Part shown: one piece after another, positions 21,016 through 29,769 of the stretch
How the letters are laid out: each line of letters opens with the position of its first letter
Numbering within the stretch: the first letter of the stretch is position 1
Assembly (NCBI GenBank): GCA_044226625.1
Contig: JBGAGQ010000018.1
Location: 33,616 to 97,615, forward strand
Source: Thermoanaerobaculia bacterium
GTDB lineage: Bacteria; Acidobacteriota; Thermoanaerobaculia; Multivoradales; UBA5704
DNA length: 64,000 nucleotides
Direction of reading: 5' to 3'
Translations under genes and position numbers: made by a program
The notes under the pieces: model-generated
What the model was told of the DNA's origin: nothing
Database searches by the model: none
Seen by the model: the letters and a program-made list of their open reading frames with translations, nothing else

Positions 21016-21942
21016 ATGCCGCGACTCGCTTTGTCGCTCGGAGGAATCGTGCTCGCCGCCGCCTGCGCCACGGCCTCACCGCCGCTTTCGAAGGCGTCGT
21101 CTGGAGGGGCCAAGCCGGCTTCGAGCGTCGCCGCGGCGATCGAGTCGGCGCTCGCCGGCTCCCAAGGGATCACCGCGGTGGCGTTTTTCGATCTCCAGAC
21201 GGGGGAGTCTGCCGGACGCCAAGAGCACCTCCGCTTCCACGCCGCGAGCACCATGAAAGTGCCGGTGCTGGTGGAACTGTTCCGGGAGGTCGACCGGGGG
21301 GAGCTGGCCCTCGATCGCCCGGTTCCGGTGAAGAACGAGTTCAAGAGCCTGGTCGACGGCTCGCCGTTCACCCTGGACTCGAAAGAGGACGGCGATCCCG
21401 ACTTGTACGCCGCCGTCGGGGAGAGCCGGCCTCTCGGCGAGCTCGCGCGGCGGATGATCCAGCGCAGCTCGAACCTGTCGACCAATCTGCTGATCGAGCT
21501 GCTGGGCGCGAAACGCGTCACCGCGGAGATGAGGACGCTCGGGGCGCAGGACATCGAAGTCCTCCGGGGAGTCGAAGACGAAAAGGCGTTCGAGGCCGGC
21601 CTGATCAGCTCGACGACCGCCTACGACCTCGCGGTCATCCTGCGCGCGATCGCCGAGAAGAAGGTGGTTTCACCCGCGGCGAGCGCGACGATGATCGAGA
21701 TTCTCGAAGGGCAGGAGTTCAAAGAGAAGATCCCGGCGGGCTTGCCGCCCGGCACGCAGGTCGCGAACAAGACCGGCGACATCACCGGTGTCCATCACGA
21801 CGCGGCGATCGTCTTCCCCCCGGGCCGGGCGCCGTACGTGCTCGCGGTGCTCACCGAAGGGTATTCGAGCGAGGAAGAGGCCGACGCACGAATCGCCGCG
21901 GTATCGAAAGCGGTGTGGCGAGCGCTCTCGCCATCCTCTTGA
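21016..21942 (+). CDS. Class A beta-lactamase-fold serine hydrolase, probable lipoprotein
   Basis: ASTMK (SxxK), SSN (SDN-like), KTG and HD motifs. LAAAC lipobox-like signal. Confidence 0.88.
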   Translation: MPRLALSLGGIVLAAACATASPPLSKASSGGAKPASSVAAAIESALAGSQGITAVAFFDLQTGESAGRQEHLRFHAASTMKVPVLVELFREVDRGELALDRPVPVKNEFKSLVDGSPFTLDSKEDGDPDLYAAVGESRPLGELARRMIQRSSNLSTNLLIELLGAKRVTAEMRTLGAQDIEVLRGVEDEKAFEAGLISSTTAYDLAVILRAIAEKKVVSPAASATMIEILEGQEFKEKIPAGLPPGTQVANKTGDITGVHHDAAIVFPPGRAPYVLAVLTEGYSSEEEADARIAAVSKAVWRALSPSS

Positions 21943-22041
21943 TTTTCATTGAGATCGCGGCGTGATGCCACGAATCGACGCGCGGAGACGGAACCCTTCG
22001 GCCGATCGCACGATGCCGCGCAGGAGCTTCGTTTCTCGTGG

Positions 22042-22262
22042 GGGAAAGCCGCTCGAAGGCCCCGGGAAGCCGCTCTCTGCGCTGGGAAGCCAATTTCTTT
22101 CGGTGGATAGCCGCTATACACGCCAGATAGCCGCTCTCTGCGCCAGGAAGTCGTTATTTTTCGGCGGATAGTCGCTTTATTCGCCTGGAAAATCGCTATC
22201 CCCGCTGGGAAGCCGCTATGCCCGCTGGGAAGCCGCTATCCGCGCTCGAATAATCGCTTTTG
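22042..22262. repeat. Degenerate tandem array, 11 units with 20-21 bp period
   Basis: Core (G)G[GA][AT]AG[CT]CGCT-like anchors at 22047, 22068, 22088, 22109, 22129, 22149, 22170, 22191, 22211, 22231 and 22252, separated by more variable 8-10 nt segments. Confidence 0.8.
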
Positions 22263-22396
22263 GCCGACTACGGCGGCTAGACGGCAGGGCGCGGCCGAAA
22301 AGCGAAACCGCCCGGCGCTTCGCCACAACCGCGGCGGACAACGGCTTGCGGCGTACGCCATTGGCTGTCGCTCGATCCTTTGCGCTTTGCGGGTCG

Positions 22397-22717
22397 CCCC
22401 CCTCCTGGCCTCCCCCCGCAAGCGGAGGGAGGGACGTGCTTACCGGCGTTGGTGGGAGAGCGAGCCCCCAGCGGGTTTTCCGGAGGCGCCGTCCTTCTTC
22501 TTCCCCCCGCAAGTGGGGGGAGGGACGTGCTTACCGGCGTTGGTAGGAGAGCGAGCACCCAGCGGGTTTTCCGGAGGCGCCGTCCTTCTTCCTCCCCCCG
22601 CAAGTGGGGGGAGGGACGTGCTTACCGGCGTTGGTAGGAGAGCGAGCACCCAGCGGGTTTTCCGGAGGCGCCGTCCTTCTTCCTCCCCCGCGTGCGGGGG
22701 GAGGACCGAGGTGGGGG
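22397..22717. repeat. 91-bp tandem repeat (3 units plus a fourth palindrome) built on a REP-like hairpin
   Basis: Palindrome CCTCCCCCCGCAAG[CT]GG[AG]GGGAGG variants start at 22409, 22500, 22591 and 22682. The ~66-bp linkers are almost identical. Confidence 0.92.
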
Positions 22718-22857
22718 CGTCAACCGACAGCCCTGCGATGCGGCCATGGGGCCGAAGCTCGCGATAGAATCGCATCCGTTCCTCGGGAGGTCCCCTCCCA
22801 ACTCCACTCGACCTTCTAGACTTCAGATTCTCGATTCGACATTCCAAAGAGGGACGC

Positions 22858-23925
<1,068 letters not shown>

Positions 23926-24018
23926 AGGGCCGGCCCCTGATGTGATTTTCGCGAACCTTGCGCCAAGCCTATCGAGAAGGCGAAATTCTTCGCCCTCTAC
24001 ATCGATGGGAGATTGGCC

Positions 24019-24204
24019 ATGAAAGCGAAGCGCAACCGGAAGCTGAACTTGAGCCTCGAGACCGTTCGGCGTCTCAACGGAATCGAGATGGCGGCCGTGG
24101 CCGGTGGGGCGACGTCGAACTGCACCATGAATCCCAGGGTGTGTACGACGTCGGACCGCTGCACCGAATCCTGCGGCCCGATCTCCGTCTGCATCTGCGC
24201 CTGA
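24019..24204 (+). CDS. Lanthipeptide-like precursor 1 (double-Gly leader; core ATSNCTMNPRVCTTSDRCTESCGPISVCICA)
   Basis: GGGAG SD. Leader 'RKLNLSLETVRRL...VAGG'. 31-aa core with 6 Cys and 9 Ser/Thr. Lies upstream of lanC. Confidence 0.88.
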   Translation: MKAKRNRKLNLSLETVRRLNGIEMAAVAGGATSNCTMNPRVCTTSDRCTESCGPISVCICA

Positions 24205-24214
24205 GCCGGCCGGC

Positions 24215-24242
24215 GGGATGCCGGGAGGGATCCCGGCATCCC
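24215..24242 (+). terminator. Strong GC stem-loop after precursor 1
   Basis: GGGATGCCGGGA-loop-TCCCGGCATCCC. There is no U-tract, so it may stabilise or process mRNA rather than terminate it. Confidence 0.5.
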
Positions 24243-24340
24243 CATGACGAAAGCGGGGCGTGATTCGATTTCGCCGATCCTGGCGCCTATCCTTTCGAGA
24301 AGGCGAAATCCATCGCCTCCCTACGGATAGGAGTCCGTCC

Positions 24341-24529
24341 ATGAAAACGAAGCGGAGCAGGAAGCTTTCCTTGAGCGCGGAGACGGTTCGGCGCCTGACC
24401 GGGAACGACCTCGCGGCGATCGCCGGCGGCATCACCTCGGTCTGTACCGCCAACCCGAACCCCGGCTGCACCACGTCGGACCTCTGCACCGACTCCTGCG
24501 GCCCGATCTCCGTCTGCATTTGCCGGTAA
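24341..24529 (+). CDS. Lanthipeptide-like precursor 2 (core ITSVCTANPNPGCTTSDLCTDSCGPISVCICR)
   Basis: AGGAG SD. Leader 'RKLSLSAETVRRL...IAGG'. Paralog of precursor 1 with 6 Cys. Confidence 0.88.
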   Translation: MKTKRSRKLSLSAETVRRLTGNDLAAIAGGITSVCTANPNPGCTTSDLCTDSCGPISVCICR

Positions 24530-24675
24530 GGCGTCCGAGCGGGGCGCCGGCCTCCCGGCGTCCCGTGTCACGGCGGTTCGCTCGCGGCCGCGACGGGGCG
24601 GCTCGCTTTCCTTCCCGCGGGCACCCCTTTCTGTAGGGGGCAACCGCGCCCCTCGAATCCGCGAGGAGATCCACG

Positions 24676-24885
24676 ATGAAGAAGTTGCGCCTGCACAAAG
24701 AAACCCTGCGTTCGCTCGAACGGGCCGGTCTGGCCGGGGTCGAAGGCGGCTTCTGGTCGATCCCCACCCATTGCCCGGACGACTATCCGGACTGCTCGGT
24801 CAACGACTGGTGCCAGAGCGCCAACGGCGGCTGCACCGGTTGGCACCAGTGCCCCACCGGCGACCAGACGATCCTGGTTTGCTGA
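24676..24885 (+). CDS. Lanthipeptide-like precursor 3 (core FWSIPTHCPDDYPDCSVNDWCQSANGGCTGWHQCPTGDQTILVC)
   Basis: GAGGAG SD. Leader 'MKKLRLHKETLRSL...VEGG' (KLxLxKETxxxL type). 44-aa core with 6 Cys, 7 Ser/Thr and 3 Trp. Confidence 0.88.
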   Translation: MKKLRLHKETLRSLERAGLAGVEGGFWSIPTHCPDDYPDCSVNDWCQSANGGCTGWHQCPTGDQTILVC

Positions 24886-24940
24886 GACCCCCTCCCGGAG
24901 GGATCGGCACCTCTCCCGCCGATCCCTCGAGGGTCCACCG

Positions 24941-26329
24941 ATTCGATCGAAGGGCGACGGCGCATGGTTTCCTCTCCTCGGCGCGGAGGATGCCGAAGAA
25001 GCTCGCCGTGCGGTGGTCGCGATCGCCGAATCCCTCGCGCTGCGGAATACTTCCGAATCACACGAGATCGTTTCCTCGCACGATTCCGACAGGCCTTGGG
25101 GGCCCGGCTCTCTGGGCGAGGGCTGCTCCGGGATCGCCCTGTTTTTCGCCTACCTCTCGCGTGCGGCCACCGCGGTCGGCTCGAGCCCGGAGCGAGCCGC
25201 CGAGCATCGGCTCCTGGCCGAGCGATTCGCGGACCAGGGGGCCGACCGGTTGGCCGAGGGTCTGTCGGACCCCTCGCTGTATTGCGGCTTCACCGGCACG
25301 GCCTGGATGATCCGACACCTCGGAACGCTCTGGGGCGATCCGGAGGCGGCGAGCTACACGGAGGAGGTCGATGCCCTTCTCGTCGCCCTGCTCGGCACGG
25401 AAGATTGGACCGCCGAGCTCGATCTGATCACCGGGCTCGCCGGCCTGGGTACCTACGGGCTTCAGGCGATCGCGAGCGGAGGGCCGGTCGAAGATCTCGT
25501 CGCGTCCGTCGTTCGGCACCTCGACCGGAAGGCGGAGGTAAGCGCACACGGGTTCACCTGGTTTACTCCGCCCCGTCTCCTGGATCGCGCCTCGCGAGAC
25601 AACTTCCCGGAGGGGTACTACAACGTGGGCGTCGCGCACGGCGTGCCGGGCATCCTCGCGATCTTGGCCCGCGCCGCGCGGGCGGGAATCGCCGCGGAGA
25701 GGGCGGCGGCTCTCGCGGAGGGCGCTTTCGATTGGCTGATGGGGCAGCGCCTCGGTCCGGAGAGTCCCTCCGTCTTTCCGAGCTTCGTCCCTCCCGGCGG
25801 CTCCCCCTGGCCGTCTCGCCTCGCCTGGTGCTACGGCGACGCGGGCGTCGCCGCGGCTCTCTGGGGGGCGGCCGAGAGTCTCGACGAGCCCCGAATGCGC
25901 CGCGCCGCGATCGACGTCGGGAGGCGGGCCGCGTCCCGCGATCCGGCTTCGGCATGGGTCCAAGACGGCTGCCTCTGCCATGGTGCCGCCGGCCTCGCGT
26001 TGATCTTCGACCGGCTGTTCAAGGCGACGGGGGAGGAGGTTTTCCGCGACGCCGCCGTCGCCTGGTATCGCCGGCTTTTGGGCCAGCGATCCGAGAGTGG
26101 TGTCCTCGGCGGATTCGGGTCTTGGACGTCGCTCTCGGGAGAAGAAGGTGGGTTTCGGAGAGAAGAGCGACCAGGGCTCCTCACGGGAGCGGCGGGGATC
26201 GGACTCGCCCTCCTCGCGGCGATCTCGAGCGACGCCCCGGATTGGGATCAGGCGCTCCTGATCAGCCCCGAGAGGACGCGTTCGAGCGACCGCGGTCGGA
26301 CCGGTCCGGTCGAGAAGGCTGTGCTATAA
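24941..26329 (+). CDS. lanC: Lanthionine synthetase C (LanC)-like cyclase
   Basis: GVAHGVPG, RLAWCYGDAG, LCHGAAG (Zn ligands Cys/Cys/His), GLLTGAAGIGLALL and WD. The frame is open upstream of GTG 25013 (AWFPLLG...). Start placed tentatively at ATT 24941. Confidence 0.9.
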   Translation: MRSKGDGAWFPLLGAEDAEEARRAVVAIAESLALRNTSESHEIVSSHDSDRPWGPGSLGEGCSGIALFFAYLSRAATAVGSSPERAAEHRLLAERFADQGADRLAEGLSDPSLYCGFTGTAWMIRHLGTLWGDPEAASYTEEVDALLVALLGTEDWTAELDLITGLAGLGTYGLQAIASGGPVEDLVASVVRHLDRKAEVSAHGFTWFTPPRLLDRASRDNFPEGYYNVGVAHGVPGILAILARAARAGIAAERAAALAEGAFDWLMGQRLGPESPSVFPSFVPPGGSPWPSRLAWCYGDAGVAAALWGAAESLDEPRMRRAAIDVGRRAASRDPASAWVQDGCLCHGAAGLALIFDRLFKATGEEVFRDAAVAWYRRLLGQRSESGVLGGFGSWTSLSGEEGGFRREERPGLLTGAAGIGLALLAAISSDAPDWDQALLISPERTRSSDRGRTGPVEKAVL

Positions 26330-26339
26330 ATTCGGCCCC

Positions 26340-27209
26340 GTGATACGCCTTGGTGATCTCGAGCTGACCCTGGTCGGCGATGGAGAATTCCGCCTCGACG
26401 GGGGAGCCATGTTCGGGGTTGTGCCGAAGGTGCTCTGGTCGCAGATGAAGGAGCCGGACGCGGACAACCGGATCCGCATGGCGACGAACTGCGTGCTGAT
26501 CCGTCGGGGGAGCGATCTCCTCTTGATCGATAGCGGGATCGGCGACAAACACAACGCGAAATTCGGCGAGATCTACGCCATGGAGCCGCACGCCGTTCGG
26601 CTGCCAGAGTCGATCCGACGGGCCGGATACGAGCTGTCGGACGTCACCCACGTCGTGCTCTCGCACCTCCACTTCGACCATTGCGGCTGGAACACCCGGA
26701 AAAACCCCGACGGGCGGGTGGTGCCGACCTTTCCCAACGCCCGTTACTTCCTCAACCGGGGCGAGGTCGAGCACGCCCGGAACCCTTCCGAGCGCGACCG
26801 GGCGAGCTACTTTCCCGAGAATTGGGAGCCGCTCTTCGAGGCCGGTCAGGTCGAGCTGTTCGATGACGAGGTGGAGGCGATGCCCGGGGTGCGCGCGGTC
26901 AAAGCGCCGGGGCATAACGCCGACATGTGCATCGTTCTACTGGATGGCGGGGCGGACGCCTCGGGCCGACCCGAGCGCGGCGTCTTCTGGGCCGATCTGG
27001 TTCCGACGGTCGCGCACGTCCCGCTACCTTGGATCATGGGTTACGACCTCTATCCTCTGACCACCCTCGAGAACAAGAAGAAGTGGCTGCCGCGCGCCGC
27101 GGAAGAGGGCTGGCTGTCGATCTTCGAGCACGACGCCGAGTCGCCGCTCGCCCGGATCGCCTCGGATCGTCCGGGGCGCTTCCGCGTGGAGCCGCTCGCC
27201 TCCTCCTGA
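26340..27209 (+). CDS. MBL-fold metallo-hydrolase (YtnP-like)
   Basis: 'FRLDGGAMFGVVPK', SHLHFDH (HxHxDH), 'PGH', 'WIMGYDLYP', 'FEHD'. Confidence 0.92.
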   Translation: MIRLGDLELTLVGDGEFRLDGGAMFGVVPKVLWSQMKEPDADNRIRMATNCVLIRRGSDLLLIDSGIGDKHNAKFGEIYAMEPHAVRLPESIRRAGYELSDVTHVVLSHLHFDHCGWNTRKNPDGRVVPTFPNARYFLNRGEVEHARNPSERDRASYFPENWEPLFEAGQVELFDDEVEAMPGVRAVKAPGHNADMCIVLLDGGADASGRPERGVFWADLVPTVAHVPLPWIMGYDLYPLTTLENKKKWLPRAAEEGWLSIFEHDAESPLARIASDRPGRFRVEPLASS

Positions 27210-27264
27210 TCCGAACCGTCTCAAGCGCTTCTCGATTCGAACGCTCTCATCCCCTGGAGACCTC

Positions 27265-28662
27265 ATGGAATCCCAAGACAGTTTCGACCTGATCATCCTC
27301 GGCAGCGGTCCCGGCGGTTATGTCGCCGGCATCCGGGCCGGTCAGCTGGGCCTCAAAGTGGCGGTGGTCGAGAAGGATCCGAAGTTCGGCGGCACCTGCC
27401 TGCATCGCGGCTGCATCCCCACGAAGGCGTTGCTCCATACCGCTTCGGTTCTCGACGAAATCCGGGAAGCGGGCGGCATCGGCATCGACGTCGGCGAGCC
27501 GAAGCTCGACATCGGCCGAGCCCAGGAACGCAAGCGCAAGGTCGTCGACAAGAACGCGCGCGGCATCGAGTTCCTGTTCAAGAAGAACAAGGTCACCGGC
27601 ATCCAGGGCTTCGGCCGGATGGTGGGGCCGCACCACGTCGAGGTCGCCGGGGCGAACGGCACCGCCGTCTACGAGGCGAAGCACGTGATGATCGCGACCG
27701 GCTCCGTGCCGCGCGAGATCCCGATCGCGCCCTCGGACGGCGAGCGCGTGCTCAACTCCGACCACATCCTGGAGCTCCAGCGGATTCCCCAGAGCCTGGT
27801 CGTGCTCGGCGCGGGCGCGGTGGGGACCGAGTTCGCCTCGATCTACACCTCGTTCGGCACCAAGGTGACGCTGATCGAGATGCTGCCGCGCGTCCTGCCG
27901 ATCGAGGACGAGGAGGTCTCGGCCGATCTCGAGAAGATCCTTCGGAAGCGCGGGATCGAGATCCTCACCAACACCAAGATGCTTTCCTGTGAGAAGACCG
28001 AGACGGGCGTCCGCCTGAAGCTCGAAGGGGGCAAGAAGGCCGAGGTCGAGGCCGAAATGCTGCTCGTCGCGGTGGGCCGCAAGCCGGTCACCGAGAACCT
28101 CGGCTTCGAGGCGCTCGGCGTCGAGATCGAGCGCGGCTACGTCAAGGTCAACGAGTACATGCAGACCGCCGTGCCCCACATCTACGCGATCGGCGACGTG
28201 GTGAACACGCCGTGGCTCGCGCACGTCGCCTCGGCGGAGGGGATCCTAGCGGCCGAGCGCATCGCCGGCAAGGAAGCCCGGCCGGTCAACTACGACCGCG
28301 TCCCCTCCTGCACCTATTGCGATCCGGAGGTCGCGAGCGTCGGCCTGACCGAAGCGAAGGCGAAGGAACGGGGCTACGACGTCCAGGTCGGCAAGTTCCC
28401 GCTCTCGGCGCTCGCCAAGGCGGCGATCCTCGGGCGGCCGGAAGGGTTCGTCAAGGTCGTTCGCGACAAGAAATACGACGAGGTGCTCGGCGTCCACATC
28501 CTCGGCGCCCACGCCACCGACTTGATCGCCGAGGCCTGCGTGGCGCTCCAGCTCGAAGGGACCGACGAGGAGCTGTTCCGCACCATGCACGCGCACCCGA
28601 CCCTCTCCGAGGCGGTGATGGAGGCGGCGCACGCCGCCCACGGCCAGGCGATCCACTTCTGA
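27265..28662 (+). CDS. lpdA: Dihydrolipoyl dehydrogenase (E3)
   Basis: GSGPGG, GGTCLHRGCIP redox disulfide, HAHPTLSE. Confidence 0.97.
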   Translation: MESQDSFDLIILGSGPGGYVAGIRAGQLGLKVAVVEKDPKFGGTCLHRGCIPTKALLHTASVLDEIREAGGIGIDVGEPKLDIGRAQERKRKVVDKNARGIEFLFKKNKVTGIQGFGRMVGPHHVEVAGANGTAVYEAKHVMIATGSVPREIPIAPSDGERVLNSDHILELQRIPQSLVVLGAGAVGTEFASIYTSFGTKVTLIEMLPRVLPIEDEEVSADLEKILRKRGIEILTNTKMLSCEKTETGVRLKLEGGKKAEVEAEMLLVAVGRKPVTENLGFEALGVEIERGYVKVNEYMQTAVPHIYAIGDVVNTPWLAHVASAEGILAAERIAGKEARPVNYDRVPSCTYCDPEVASVGLTEAKAKERGYDVQVGKFPLSALAKAAILGRPEGFVKVVRDKKYDEVLGVHILGAHATDLIAEACVALQLEGTDEELFRTMHAHPTLSEAVMEAAHAAHGQAIHF

Positions 28663-28674
28663 TCGGAGGGCTCG

Positions 28675-29769
28675 ATGGGCACAGGACAGACGTTCGGTTC
28701 GCTGCACCCGCCGGCCCCCACGGTCGAGCGCTTGGCCACGACGAGCCTGCCGCGCGAGCGGCAGCTCGATCTCTACCGCCTGCTCCGCCTCACGCGGATG
28801 GTCGAGGGGCGGCTCGGAAACCTTTATCGGCAGGGCAAGGTCGTGGGCGGGCTCTATTCGAGCCTCGGCCAAGAGGCGACGGCGGTGGGATCGGCCTATG
28901 CGCTCGAATCGGGAGACTTCATCGGGCCGCTGATCCGCAACTTGGGCTCGATGCTCGTCCGGGGCGTCCAGCCGCGCGAGGTCATGATGCAGTACATGGC
29001 GCGCGGGCTCTCGCCCACGGGCGGTAAGGACGGCAACACCCACTTCGGCGATTTGAAGCGGGGGATCGTCGCGCCGATCTCGATGCTCGGCTCGGTAATC
29101 CCGGTGATGGCCGGCGTCGCGCTCGCCGCGAAGATGCAGGGCCGGCCGCTCGTCGCGCTCACCTACATCGGTGACGGCGGCACTTCGACGGGGGACTTCC
29201 ACGAGGGGCTGAACCTCGCCTCCGTCCTCGACGTGCCGTTCGTCCTGGTCGTCGAGAACAACGGCTACGCCTACTCGACTCCCACCGCGCGCCAGATGAA
29301 GGTCAAGCACATCGTCGCGCGCGCCTCGGCGTACGGCATCCCGGGCGAGGCGGTCGACGGCAACGACGTGCTGGCGGTCTACGAGGCGACCAAGCGAGCG
29401 GTCGAGCGCGCCCGCTCGGGCGGGGGACCGACGCTGATCGAGGCGAAGACCTTCCGGATGAAAGGGCACGCCGAGCACGACGACGCCGGCTACGTACCGC
29501 CGGAGCTGTTCGTCGAATGGCGGAAGAAGGACCCGATCGACCGCTTCGAGCGGCACCTGCTCGGGCTGGGCCTCGCGACGCCGGAGGAGCTGCAAGGGAT
29601 CGTCGCCGAGATCGACCGTGGCCTCGACGCCGAGGTCGACTTCGCGCTCGCCTCGCCGATGCCGCCGCCGGAGCGTGCGCTCGAAGGCGTCTATGAAGCC
29701 GATCCGGAGGAAGGCCTGGGGACGATCCTTCCCGATGCGCCGCCGGTCCATTCCGGAGGTGCGCGATGA
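28675..29769 (+). CDS. 2-oxoacid dehydrogenase E1 alpha subunit
   Basis: GDG-x26-NN TPP-binding motif, 'GQEA', 'RMKGH'. Substrate (pyruvate vs branched-chain) cannot be determined by eye. Confidence 0.93.
   Translation: MGTGQTFGSLHPPAPTVERLATTSLPRERQLDLYRLLRLTRMVEGRLGNLYRQGKVVGGLYSSLGQEATAVGSAYALESGDFIGPLIRNLGSMLVRGVQPREVMMQYMARGLSPTGGKDGNTHFGDLKRGIVAPISMLGSVIPVMAGVALAAKMQGRPLVALTYIGDGGTSTGDFHEGLNLASVLDVPFVLVVENNGYAYSTPTARQMKVKHIVARASAYGIPGEAVDGNDVLAVYEATKRAVERARSGGGPTLIEAKTFRMKGHAEHDDAGYVPPELFVEWRKKDPIDRFERHLLGLGLATPEELQGIVAEIDRGLDAEVDFALASPMPPPERALEGVYEADPEEGLGTILPDAPPVHSGGAR

Noticed and set aside
21016-21942. Bona fide antibiotic-resistance beta-lactamase
   Set aside because: It has SSN instead of SDN, no clear ExxLN omega-loop motif and no mobile context. 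Only the fold can be supported.
22397-22717. CRISPR array
   Set aside because: The segments between palindromes are near-identical rather than unique spacers, the period is 91 bp, and there are no cas genes in the window.
26340-27209. MBL hydrolase as a RiPP tailoring enzyme
   Set aside because: It is an ordinary YtnP-like protein with its own extended -10-like box, and it leads into the lpdA operon.
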